Shown here: positions 19,605 to 28,634 of the stretch, one piece after another
Layout: every line of letters starts with the position of its first letter
How positions within the stretch are numbered: position 1 is the first letter of the stretch
DNA from: a virus
DNA: 64,000 bases
IMG/VR virus record: IMGVR_UViG_3300017735_002163
Span: 1-64,000 of that record
Direction: 5' to 3' (one strand)
Program-made: the position numbers and the translations under genes
The notes under the pieces: model-generated
Databases searched by the model: none
Seen by the model: only the letters and a program-made list of their open reading frames with translations
Told to the model about the DNA's origin: nothing

Positions 19605-19706
19605 GGCTCTATTTAGTTTATGTAGGTCCAAGAGCTGTTGACCTGCCATTTGTTTTTGTTGTTTAAAGTCTGTACAAAACGAGCGTCAATACGCAAAAAT
19701 CAGACT
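19605..19706 (-). ncRNA. Putative structured RNA: two tandem H-type pseudoknots between tRNA-Glu and tRNA-Val
   Basis: AGTCTG/CAGACT plus TTTTGT/ACAAAA; AGGTC/GACCT plus GCTCT/AGAGC. Confidence 0.4.
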
Positions 19707-19712
19707 ATAGTA

Positions 19713-19787
19713 TGGTACTCCGTAGGAGGATCGAACTCCTATTGCTGAGATGAAAACCCAGTGTCCTAACCATTAGACGAACGGAGC
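19713..19787 (-). tRNA. tRNA-Glu(TTC)
   Basis: GCTCCGT acceptor, CTGGG-TT-TTC-AT-CTCAG, GTTCGATC, CCA end. Confidence 0.95.
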
Positions 19788-19797
19788 AAAGATAAAT

Positions 19798-19891
19798 TGG
19801 AGGGATGGATTACTGTCGTTACTCTGTCGTAAACGAATTGTGGACTGGTAATCACTTGTAATCCTGTCCCTTACCCGAGTCTCTCGACCCC
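19798..19891 (-). ncRNA. Putative non-tRNA stable RNA ending in CCA
   Basis: GGGACAGGATTAC pairs with GTAATCCATCCC followed by TCCA; internal hairpins; no T-loop. Confidence 0.5.
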
Positions 19892-19893
19892 TA

Positions 19894-20031
19894 TTAAACT
19901 CCACTGGTCATGTGTTCGTATGCTTCATTACATTCTGTAATTTGCTCGCCACATGCACAGGTTTGCTCTTCTTCAAGAGTTGGCGCACCAACTAATGATC
20001 TTATTTGTTCTTCTGTATAATTTTGTTCCAT
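19894..20031 (-). CDS. 45-aa Cys/His small protein (MEQNY...CACG...C...YEHMTSGV)
   Basis: Below the ORF-track cutoff; ATG 6 nt after the TATAAT of a consensus promoter. Confidence 0.65.
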   Translation of the reverse strand: MEQNYTEEQIRSLVGAPTLEEEQTCACGEQITECNEAYEHMTSGV

Positions 20032-20037
20032 GCTACT

Positions 20038-20065
20038 ATTATAGCAAATTAGAAAAGTTTGTCAA
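20038..20065 (-). promoter_or_regulatory. Sigma70-type early promoter for the small ORF/tRNA cluster
   Basis: GGTTGACA-16-(TGC)TATAAT. Confidence 0.8.
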
Positions 20066-20070
20066 CCTGT

Positions 20071-20532
20071 TTATTGAATTACAATATCTTCCATTCCAGC
20101 AGTTCTAAGTTTTGTGATGTGTCCTATTTGCCATTGCTTGACATCTAAGCCTTTCATAATACCTAAGTACCTGTTTCTCAATAGACTGAATTGGTTACAT
20201 AGATGCGTTAGGTCAATAACACTATCTTCACCGTCAACATACTTTTCAGCATCTCTGCTGGACAGTTGTCTATTGTATGTTTCCAAATACTTGCGGAATG
20301 TTTTAGAACGTTCTTTGCGAAGTTCTATGTTTAAGTGTTCGAGGATTGCTTCAATCTCTTGTAACTGATTAAAGCGATGTTCTGTGATGCCGGGTAAGGC
20401 AGAACTGGATTTCTCCAGACTGCCTCTTATCCCAACTTCATACTTGGCTTCCTCAAGTTCGTTTTCAAAGTAATTTACTGAATCAACGATCTCACCTAAA
20501 TTACCAACTACTTTATTATACCAAGTACTCAT
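20071..20532 (-). CDS. uvsY: UvsY-like recombination mediator
   Basis: Helical protein of about 150 aa downstream of uvsX; RDAEKYVDGE, GIMKGLDVKQWQI. Confidence 0.8.
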   Translation of the reverse strand: MSTWYNKVVGNLGEIVDSVNYFENELEEAKYEVGIRGSLEKSSSALPGITEHRFNQLQEIEAILEHLNIELRKERSKTFRKYLETYNRQLSSRDAEKYVDGEDSVIDLTHLCNQFSLLRNRYLGIMKGLDVKQWQIGHITKLRTAGMEDIVIQ

Positions 20533-20534
20533 TT

Positions 20535-20771
20535 TTAATACTCGTACTCGTCGTCTTCATCCTCGTCATCAATGCCTTCGTCAAAATAAGTGACAATGGC
20601 AGTTTTCATGACTTTGTCGAATTCGTTCATGTAAACATTAATATCCTGGATATCAATATTTTCTTCAAACAATCTCAACATGGATTCTGCTACGTGTAAA
20701 CGATCTTTAGCATTGACATGGGTTTTTACAAGTTCCCATGTCTCACTAAGTAATGCTATCTCAGGACTCAT
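20535..20771 (-). CDS. Acidic small hypothetical protein
   Basis: 78 aa between uvsX and uvsY. Confidence 0.7.
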   Translation of the reverse strand: MSPEIALLSETWELVKTHVNAKDRLHVAESMLRLFEENIDIQDINVYMNEFDKVMKTAIVTYFDEGIDDEDEDDEYEY

Positions 20772-21876
20772 CCATCAACTCCTCTATGTTATCAAGTTCA
20801 TCTGGGTCAACATCGCCAAGATCAAGATCTTCTTCAAACCCTGTTGCTTTTGGATTTTGACTCCATTCATCTATAATTACCTGAAGTTTATCTCCAGACC
20901 AACCTTTTCTGAACTCTTTGATTTCTTCACCTGTTACTGGTGAAACATAAGAGAGTTTGTTACCAACTTTATCAACGATGCCACGTGTTTCAAGCATTTC
21001 TAATAGGCCACTATAAGGATCCATGCCTGTTTCATATGGAATCTTGATTTGCACACCTTCAAACGGTTTGCTGTAACGAGACTTAACTACCTTACATGCC
21101 GCTCTAATACCTTGCACTGTAGATACTTTGTTACCATCGAGATCTTCTTTTAATTTAAGTTTTCTCATAGCAACAACAATACTACTTGCATATATAAAGC
21201 CTTGTCCTCCACTTATTTTATCATCTGGATCAAACATGTCCTGTGATGCATAAGTGTGGTTAGTAGCAATTAAGGCAATCGGAAAAGGTGCAATCTGGTT
21301 AACAGTGTTTCTAACCAAGGCTGTTAATGCCTTAGGCTTTCTACCCATGTCACCTTTCATGTCACCTTTTTCAAATTGTGCTACGTCAGTAGGCGTTAAT
21401 AACATACCCAAACTATCAATAACAAATGCTAACTTAGGCATTTCTTCATAGGGGAGATCGCTGTAGTTTGCTTTGTAGTCTTTAACAAATTCACTAATTG
21501 CTTTCGCAACATCGTCAATCATGCTAACACTGATCTTTAATAGTTTCTCTGGTGATGTATCAACGTCAAGTGCTTGTAGCCAATCTTCGTCGAGTGCGTT
21601 CTCTGAATCAAACAACACTACTTGACAGCCCATTTCTTGAGCGTTCTTTACAATGTTGCCTGAACATATAAACGATTTACCAGAACCGGATTCACCTGCA
21701 AATACACTAACCTTTCCTAACGGAATTCCTTTGTTAAAGTCACTACTGATTAAGTAGTTTAGTGTGTAGTTGCCTGTGCTAATCCAATCCTGTGGATCGT
21801 GGAATCCTGCACTAATACCACTAATACTTTTAGTGATACCAGTACGGAACTTACTTAGGTCAAAAGGTTTTTGCAT
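20761..21876 (-). CDS. uvsX: RecA-like recombinase
   Basis: GESGSGKS, FDSENA, IDSLG, TNHTY, SGGQG, KSRY. Confidence 0.95.
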   Translation of the reverse strand: MQKPFDLSKFRTGITKSISGISAGFHDPQDWISTGNYTLNYLISSDFNKGIPLGKVSVFAGESGSGKSFICSGNIVKNAQEMGCQVVLFDSENALDEDWLQALDVDTSPEKLLKISVSMIDDVAKAISEFVKDYKANYSDLPYEEMPKLAFVIDSLGMLLTPTDVAQFEKGDMKGDMGRKPKALTALVRNTVNQIAPFPIALIATNHTYASQDMFDPDDKISGGQGFIYASSIVVAMRKLKLKEDLDGNKVSTVQGIRAACKVVKSRYSKPFEGVQIKIPYETGMDPYSGLLEMLETRGIVDKVGNKLSYVSPVTGEEIKEFRKGWSGDKLQVIIDEWSQNPKATGFEEDLDLGDVDPDELDNIEELMDES

Positions 21877-21887
21877 GATGTATCTCC

Positions 21888-22904
21888 TTACCCGTTGCTT
21901 CTGTTACGAATCATCTGTAAGATGTCATCTGCTGATTGCTTTCCTTTATCTACTTCAGGTGCAGGAGCAGGTGCTACTGGAGCCGCTGTTTCTACTGCTG
22001 GTGCAGGTGCTACTGGAGCCGCTTCTGCTACTGCTGGTGCAGGTGCAGGTGCCGCCGTTGGTGCTACTGGAGCCGCCGCTTGTGCTGGAGCACTTGTGGC
22101 TGGTGTCGCTGTGCTTGGAACTTCTACGCCATATGGCTTGTAAAAGTTACCCCAACGCTCTGGATCATACAACTCACCATCTACTGATGCCGCAAACATT
22201 TCTGTAATTGCTTGGTATCCTTCTGCAGTTGGCTTTGCAGGCAAAAAGTCTGCTAAGTTGTGTAAACCATTTGTGTCTACTGCCGCAAGTTGTACTTCAT
22301 CTAATGCACTCTCTTTACGAGCCCATTTTGATGTACTGTAGTCTGCGTATTGACCTTTGGTTGTTTTTGTGACTCTAAAGTCAGTACCTGCAACATAATC
22401 AGTTGGAATGTTTTCCATATCTGGATCCATAAGTGCTGATTTAATAATGTTGAAGATTTGTGGTGAAATCACAAAACGTCTAATTGGGTTTTCTGGTGAT
22501 TCCTCGTTGAGAGGATTCTCAGTTACAAATCCTTGGAAAATGTATGAACGTTTTTTCCAATACTTTCTGCCCATATCTTCTAAAGATGCGTCTTTGAACC
22601 AAGGACGTACTTCAGTTAGTACTGGACACGAATCGCCGTACATTTCACCGCAAGGTACTTGTACTGTAACTGGTTTGTTTTCTCCACCTTTCACACCTGG
22701 GAAAGTCAAACGAATCATTTGACGTTCTACCCAAAAGAATGTGTTATCTGGATCTGAGTCTGGTAAGAATCTCAATACTGCTGAGGTACCTTCGTCAATA
22801 TTCCAGTGTGGATAAATTGCGTTGTCGCTTTGTGAGTTATTTTTGGAACCGGGTTTGGTTTCCATTGATGAGAGCTTCGCTCTGATTTCTGCTAATGAGG
22901 CCAT
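21888..22904 (-). CDS. 32: Single-stranded DNA-binding protein (gp32-like)
   Basis: LRFLPD, CPVL, YWKKRSY, GTDFRVTK, YADYSTSKW; Ala/Pro-rich linker. Confidence 0.92.
   Translation of the reverse strand: MASLAEIRAKLSSMETKPGSKNNSQSDNAIYPHWNIDEGTSAVLRFLPDSDPDNTFFWVERQMIRLTFPGVKGGENKPVTVQVPCGEMYGDSCPVLTEVRPWFKDASLEDMGRKYWKKRSYIFQGFVTENPLNEESPENPIRRFVISPQIFNIIKSALMDPDMENIPTDYVAGTDFRVTKTTKGQYADYSTSKWARKESALDEVQLAAVDTNGLHNLADFLPAKPTAEGYQAITEMFAASVDGELYDPERWGNFYKPYGVEVPSTATPATSAPAQAAAPVAPTAAPAPAPAVAEAAPVAPAPAVETAAPVAPAPAPEVDKGKQSADDILQMIRNRSNG
21955..22110 (-). repeat. Coding Ala/Pro repeats in the gp32 linker
   Basis: gcaggtgctactggagccgct recurs; encodes AAPVAPAPA units. Confidence 0.8.
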
Positions 22905-22962
22905 GATGTTTCTCCTGTAATTGCCATGTTTGCCATAGTCGTAATCATATGATTACTGGTTT

Positions 22963-22991
22963 ATTATAATTGCCAAGATAGAATTTGTCAA
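22963..22991 (-). promoter_or_regulatory. Sigma70-type promoter for the gp32-uvsX-uvsY operon
   Basis: GGTTGACA-17-TATAAT. Confidence 0.82.
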
Positions 22992-23061
22992 CCGTTTTTT
23001 TACATTGTTTCAAAAAAAACTTTGTTTGTGGAGTTAACTCCTTCTAACAGTTTTATTTATC

Positions 23062-23089
23062 AAAAAACCCGCATATAGCGGGTTTTATT
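23062..23089 (-). terminator. Intrinsic terminator, potentially bidirectional
   Basis: aaaaaa-cccgc-atata-gcggg-ttttattt. Confidence 0.85.
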
Positions 23090-23114
23090 TGGTTAGTTCT
23101 TTTAAAACAGTAAC

Positions 23115-24371
23115 TTACAGGATATCTAATGATTCCATGAATGCTTCAAACTTAGCACTGTGATCTTCTGCTACTGCTTTAATTTGTGGTTGATTAGCAC
23201 TTAGTAAACAACTCTTAATAGTTGCATACTCATGTTGATTAAGTCCTGCTCCACCACCAATCTTTTTACTGATGCCGTTCAAGTAAGTACCTAACATTGG
23301 ATTAGTAGATGATTGACTCATTTGTGATACTTGGTGACTAAGTTTTGCCGCTGGTGAAATAAATTCAACACCGTCATCTTCTGACAACAAGTTCTTGAGG
23401 TTATCAAACTTTTCATTCTGTACTGCTAATGTAATACTTTCTTCAAACTGTGATCTTCTTGACATAGCACTTTTGATACTTGACATAGCATTTGCTACTC
23501 TGTCATCAAAATGTGTTTCTGTGAATTTTGCTTCTAAGTCAATATCATCTTCAAGTACTTCTATTTGACTTCTACCAATAACGCTCTCAGATGTATTTGC
23601 ATAAGTTTTAGCACCTGCAAGTTTCTGTAATGTGTCATTGATACTGTTAATATTTTCAACAGCAATATTTACATACTCTTCGTTGGTTTCATTTACCAAC
23701 CCGCCCTTCTTAACATAACGAACAAACTCTTTTAATGTTCTATGTTCAGCGGCCATTTCAGTAATGCTCTCACCTACTGTGTCATGCATTTCTCCGCCTT
23801 TCTGTATATGGCGTGCCATTGCTCTTGCGGCTTTCAAATTGTTTTCAGCCATTTTAAATCTTTCGTCACCACGTTGTATAAAGATGCTGTGGATATTTCT
23901 GCTTCTTGCTCCACGTACTTCTTCGTTAACTGCTTTCTTGTGTCTCACAACGATTTTGACATTATCAAGTCCTTGGTAACTGGTTTTAGTACTGCCAGTC
24001 ATTGCACCAAATCCTTCTAATACATCTGCCATGTCTTTCTCCTGCTTTTGTGCGATATCAATCATCTCTGATTTAGGTTCTAATCTTCTATCAAACACTT
24101 TAAAGTCAAAGTTTTGTAAATTGTCAGTTGCTAAATCTTTTAACATAGTACGTAATTGCTCTGATTCTTCTGCTGTACTTGTAGCAAACTGAATTGTTTG
24201 ATTAGGCTTGTCATAACGCACAATCATGTTAGGATCCGCTACTACAAATCGTGTTGCGTCCTGTGGATCAATTGTAATCTTGCCTTCGGCACTAAAACTT
24301 TTAACCTCAAGACCGAAGCCTTTCATAAGGTTAAAGATTTTTTCTCCTACTGCATCTGCGTTAACTGCCAT
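23115..24371 (-). CDS. Late hypothetical protein, probably virion-associated
   Basis: 418 aa, late motif upstream, AGGAG RBS, adjacent to terminase. Confidence 0.75.
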   Translation of the reverse strand: MAVNADAVGEKIFNLMKGFGLEVKSFSAEGKITIDPQDATRFVVADPNMIVRYDKPNQTIQFATSTAEESEQLRTMLKDLATDNLQNFDFKVFDRRLEPKSEMIDIAQKQEKDMADVLEGFGAMTGSTKTSYQGLDNVKIVVRHKKAVNEEVRGARSRNIHSIFIQRGDERFKMAENNLKAARAMARHIQKGGEMHDTVGESITEMAAEHRTLKEFVRYVKKGGLVNETNEEYVNIAVENINSINDTLQKLAGAKTYANTSESVIGRSQIEVLEDDIDLEAKFTETHFDDRVANAMSSIKSAMSRRSQFEESITLAVQNEKFDNLKNLLSEDDGVEFISPAAKLSHQVSQMSQSSTNPMLGTYLNGISKKIGGGAGLNQHEYATIKSCLLSANQPQIKAVAEDHSAKFEAFMESLDIL

Positions 24372-24405
24372 TGCTGTTATCTCCTTTAGTACAACTATTT
24401 ATCAC

Positions 24406-25998
24406 TTATAGAAGATCTATTGGCATTGGTCCGTCCCATTCATCTTCATCGCTGTACTCTGATAGCACATCATTGGTGAGATTAGAGTTTACTCGTTCAT
24501 ACACTTCATCTTCAAATGTTGCTATATAATCAATCATACGTACTGCTAATACAAGACTCATTACAAGGTCATCGTGTTCGCCTACTTTAGCGGCAAAACT
24601 GTTACCTTTTGCAACAAAGTTTTTTAACTCTGACATTAGAGGTTTACTTTGAAGTGTAATTTTATCATGTTCAACTAAACGTTTTAGTGATAAACATGAT
24701 TCTACTTTAGACTTGTGACTGGTATAAAAACCACGTCTGCCTTTCTTTCCTGATACTTTCTTTGGTTCGTGTAGCATTTCACCTGGGAAGTTTTCCTCAC
24801 CTGTGTCTCTGATAACAACCAGTGCCGCTTCACCAACTGCATTGCTTTCAACACTCCAGTATATTTGTGCTACTTGTAATTCTTTTAGGTACTGTAGTAT
24901 ATCCATCATAGTACGCATTTGGCCTTCTACAGGTGTTTTATTATGTTGCCATTCTGCTACCTGTGTTAATGTTGGTAACTCTACAACTTGTATTCCAGCG
25001 GCATCGCCGCCTGTGCCTGTGCTTGGATCTAAACTAACTACATAAGTGCAATTAGGATGTGGATGTTTATACCAACGTACTTGACCCATTTGTCTTATAG
25101 GATCTTGTCCACGCAAATTAACAAGTTTTAACGGAGCAATCAGTGTTTCATCATATATAACAAACTCACATTGGTGTTCTCGTCTAAAACGTTCTTCACC
25201 AATACTTGCCCTTTCTTGTGCCGCCCATGCTTCATCTCTGTCTGGGTGTTGATCCCACACAGCCAAATATGGTTTAAAACCATTTACACCAAGGTGCGAA
25301 TCATTACCATATTCATCAAATGTGTTGTTTGCACCAGCCCAAATCATTGCAAACTGATCGTCATCATTGTTTGGTGTGCTTGTTACAATTGCTTTACCAC
25401 CTGTTGCAAGTGTAGGAGATAATGAAGTCCAAAACTCTTTAGCAATGGTATTACGCACAAACGCAAACTCATCACAGTAAACAAGTGTTAAGGACATACC
25501 ACGTCCAGTTGTTTCAGTGGTTGTACTACTTAAAATACGACTACCATTATCAAAAGTTATACTGCCTTTGTTGTACTCGCTTACTCCTGCTCTGATGTGA
25601 TCTGGTACATTCTCATACGCATATCTGATACGTTGCATAATTTCACTTGCACCTGCCGCCTTGTGAGCCGCAACAAGTATTGTACTGTCTGGTTGAAACA
25701 TTGCATACCACAACAAGTAACCTGCGGCTACAGTGGTTTTACCCATCTGTCTGCCCAGCATGTTAATACTATAACGATAGTCGTTGTAATTTTTTATTAG
25801 TTCTAACTGGTAATCAAATGGTATAAACTTTATACCACCTCTGGTAGGATGCTGTATTTTCATAAACTCTGTCATGAAAAATAATGCACCAGATGACAAA
25901 TCGCAACACTTCTGGAATTCTCTTAATTCATCAGGAGTGTAGTCAACTTTAGAATGTGCTGGTTTAACCAGACTGGAATCTGCTGTACCTCTTGCCAT
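24406..25998 (-). CDS. 17: Terminase large subunit (gp17-like)
   Basis: RQMGKT, YCDEFAF, TSTPN, LDPSTG, HDDLVM. Confidence 0.97.
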   Translation of the reverse strand: MARGTADSSLVKPAHSKVDYTPDELREFQKCCDLSSGALFFMTEFMKIQHPTRGGIKFIPFDYQLELIKNYNDYRYSINMLGRQMGKTTVAAGYLLWYAMFQPDSTILVAAHKAAGASEIMQRIRYAYENVPDHIRAGVSEYNKGSITFDNGSRILSSTTTETTGRGMSLTLVYCDEFAFVRNTIAKEFWTSLSPTLATGGKAIVTSTPNNDDDQFAMIWAGANNTFDEYGNDSHLGVNGFKPYLAVWDQHPDRDEAWAAQERASIGEERFRREHQCEFVIYDETLIAPLKLVNLRGQDPIRQMGQVRWYKHPHPNCTYVVSLDPSTGTGGDAAGIQVVELPTLTQVAEWQHNKTPVEGQMRTMMDILQYLKELQVAQIYWSVESNAVGEAALVVIRDTGEENFPGEMLHEPKKVSGKKGRRGFYTSHKSKVESCLSLKRLVEHDKITLQSKPLMSELKNFVAKGNSFAAKVGEHDDLVMSLVLAVRMIDYIATFEDEVYERVNSNLTNDVLSEYSDEDEWDGPMPIDLL

Positions 25999-26023
25999 AT
26001 TAGTTATTTATAGGATTTGAGAC

Positions 26024-26494
26024 TTAGGAAAGAATGTTTTGGAGTTTAGCTCTTAGTGATTTAACAAGTTCTTCTTTGTCTGTGCTGTAAGAAACATCTT
26101 CATATTCCTTTGTACCACCAAAATAGCCGTCATCTTCTTCGCACTCTTCGTCACTGCATTCAGGGTCATCACAACGTGGACAATCTTCTTCTGCAACTTC
26201 GCTGTCTGCAACAACTTCAGGCTCTTCTTCCTTTTCAGGTTGAATTGGGTCTTGATCTGCATTCATACCACTTGGTAATGTTAATCCTGCAAGTTTTAAT
26301 ACTTTTGCAAGTTCTTGCATATCGTCTGCACTTGCTTCTATGCTTACTGAACCTTTATCAGTGTTCTTGTGCTGTTTGAATTCTACTGAACCTGTTACTT
26401 CTGGTTCTGCTGATACTTGTGGCATGCCAAAACTGTTGAAAGAAACTCCTTCCATAATGTTTAATAATTTTTTGTTAAGATCTCTTTCGTTCAT
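26024..26494 (-). CDS. Acidic hypothetical protein, probably head-associated
   Basis: LLNIMEG N-terminus, LKLAGL motif, acidic Cys-containing stretch. Confidence 0.65.
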   Translation of the reverse strand: MNERDLNKKLLNIMEGVSFNSFGMPQVSAEPEVTGSVEFKQHKNTDKGSVSIEASADDMQELAKVLKLAGLTLPSGMNADQDPIQPEKEEEPEVVADSEVAEEDCPRCDDPECSDEECEEDDGYFGGTKEYEDVSYSTDKEELVKSLRAKLQNILS

Positions 26495-26495
26495 C

Positions 26496-27185
26496 TTAGT
26501 TCCTTTTACTGCTCTGAGATATTACATCAACATGCTTTGACTGTTCTGCACCTTGTCCCATATTAGGAGTGTTCATTATAGTATCAAACATAGGTCTTAA
26601 ATTATCGCCCATGATTTCATCTTTTGAAGGGTAACAACGGAAATAGTCTGCACCTTTCTCACTTTTAATTTTCTGTAACTCGTCTAAGAATTTTTTGTTA
26701 AAGTCTTCACCGAAGCCGTAATCTTTGAGATCGTCTTGCTGTGCTTCGTAATGCTCCATGCTCTCATCATTGAGTAAAGCATCTTCTTCTGATACTTGTC
26801 TATCCTCGTCTGCTTCAAGTCTTTCTGATTGCATATCTGCTTCAAGTCTACGTGGTTCGTTAACACCGTAGCATAATACACGTTCATGATCTAAGCCTAA
26901 GTTAATTGCTAACCATACTTCTAATATACGTGGATTGACAGGATACTTAAGAACTATGTCTGTTGCACAAACTTCTGTTACAAGTTTAATACCTTTAGCA
27001 CGGACAAATTCCATTGGGTTTTCTTCGATTGGAGATCTTTTAAAAGGGGCCGCACTAACAAGATTATACTTTGACAAACACTGTTCAAGTGTAGTCATGT
27101 GCTCACTGCCACAGTCTGCCGCAAGTTTTACCCTGTAAGCATATTCTTTGTTAAAACTTTCTGATATAAATTCTTTAAATTGCAT
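26496..27185 (-). CDS. Probable head-internal/structural protein
   Basis: N-terminus MQFKEFISE resembles the T4 capsid-targeting sequence; late motif upstream. Confidence 0.65.
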   Translation of the reverse strand: MQFKEFISESFNKEYAYRVKLAADCGSEHMTTLEQCLSKYNLVSAAPFKRSPIEENPMEFVRAKGIKLVTEVCATDIVLKYPVNPRILEVWLAINLGLDHERVLCYGVNEPRRLEADMQSERLEADEDRQVSEEDALLNDESMEHYEAQQDDLKDYGFGEDFNKKFLDELQKIKSEKGADYFRCYPSKDEIMGDNLRPMFDTIMNTPNMGQGAEQSKHVDVISQSSKRN

Positions 27186-27206
27186 TGCAAAAATCTCCTG
27201 TTACAA

Positions 27207-27707
27207 CTATTTATCTTTTTTATCAGATTTTCCTTCGCCTAAGATTTTTAATAGTTCGTTACGGTCAAAAACATTAGCCTGCGTAGGTATACCACCGGGT
27301 TCTTCACCTTTTGCCGCGGCTCTTTGATCTAAATTTGCCTTCTTAAGCATGAGATCAACTTGTTTTAACTTACGTGTTACCTTACTATCTTTGGCTTCAA
27401 GTGCAATTTTAAGCATGTTAGCGGCATTATTGAACACAGGGCCTGCGGCCATATCCGTCATATTCATGCCTAAACTCATTAATTGTTCATAACTTTCGAT
27501 GGCTTGCTTTGCAATAGTGTCCATTTCGCTATCGTGTGCTTCCATACCTCTAACTTGCTGTAATGCACCATTAATCTTTTCTGATATGCTTAATGCTTCT
27601 TCCACAGATTGTATTGGTAACGAATCCTCAGTAGTTGCAGGAATATTATCGTTATCCATTTCATCCATGTGGGGTAGGTTAAATTCTTCTTCGAGTTTAC
27701 GTGTCAT
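27207..27707 (-). CDS. Probable terminase small subunit (gp16-like)
   Basis: Helical coiled protein ending VFDRNELLK; near gp17; late leaderless start. Confidence 0.6.
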   Translation of the reverse strand: MTRKLEEEFNLPHMDEMDNDNIPATTEDSLPIQSVEEALSISEKINGALQQVRGMEAHDSEMDTIAKQAIESYEQLMSLGMNMTDMAAGPVFNNAANMLKIALEAKDSKVTRKLKQVDLMLKKANLDQRAAAKGEEPGGIPTQANVFDRNELLKILGEGKSDKKDK

Positions 27708-27768
27708 AATACTATTTATGCATACTTAACTGCTGGTAAATGAATATATGATCTTAAAAGATCCTAAT

Positions 27769-28623
27769 TTATTTTTGCCAATGTGGGAATAGTTTTAAGA
27801 AATAAAGAGCTAATGCTTGATGCTCGTTTTCATAAAAATGAGAATATTGCTGACCCCTTGCTTCATCCCAATCATTAATTTTCATATTGTTATCAGATAA
27901 GCATTGTAACGTATCAAAATAATCAAATGTACCAAATTGTGAAAGCGATGATACATAATCTGATGAAAAATTATTTACAAGACATAATTTTATGTTGTTA
28001 GTATTACAATAAGCAATAAGGCTAATAAGATAATTTATCCGGTCACTGAAAAAATTGTGATCCATGCTGGAATGCAAGGCTTGTTTGACACGTTGGTACT
28101 TGTCGTTAGATAAACCATACGTGTGTGGTTCTTTAAATATGTGGCTGATCCAATCACTGCCAATATGCACTAAATGTCTATTGTCCATATCCTGGTTATC
28201 TGTCTCCGATACAACATCAACAAGAATATCTAATTCTTTATGGTAGTGTTCTAAATAATTTGTTGGAACTTTTGGACCTTCTGTTGTGTATGCATGACTG
28301 TTTAATCTATTATACAATGTAGCAACATCATGGTCAGATTTATCAACACCCCACATCAACACTCTATTCCATTCAGTAACGTGGAACATGCAATGTGTAA
28401 TATCTTTATGTTGTTGTAACTTTGCTAATGTGGCAAACACTGTGGTTTTTAAATCGTACCCTGGCATGCCAATACAATAACTATTTGCATTATGTTTATC
28501 TGCAATTAATCTGCTCCAATGAACAAAATCTGGGTCGGGTTTGTTGTAATCGTCCGGTTGTTGAAGAGAATAAAATTCAGTACCAACTTGTGCAAAACTG
28601 TCGCCTGCTATAAGGAATGTCAT
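27769..28623 (-). CDS. SGNH-like hypothetical protein
   Basis: IAGDSFA, HWS, IGMPG, C-terminal SHFYENEH. Confidence 0.6.
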   Translation of the reverse strand: MTFLIAGDSFAQVGTEFYSLQQPDDYNKPDPDFVHWSRLIADKHNANSYCIGMPGYDLKTTVFATLAKLQQHKDITHCMFHVTEWNRVLMWGVDKSDHDVATLYNRLNSHAYTTEGPKVPTNYLEHYHKELDILVDVVSETDNQDMDNRHLVHIGSDWISHIFKEPHTYGLSNDKYQRVKQALHSSMDHNFFSDRINYLISLIAYCNTNNIKLCLVNNFSSDYVSSLSQFGTFDYFDTLQCLSDNNMKINDWDEARGQQYSHFYENEHQALALYFLKLFPHWQK

Positions 28624-28634
28624 AGCAGTATTTA

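Noticed and set aside
19580-19900. tmRNA (one- or two-piece) explaining the pseudoknots and CCA-ended RNA
   Set aside because: No Ala-type acceptor with T-arm and no tag reading frame ending in AA; the pieces are separated by a complete tRNA-Glu
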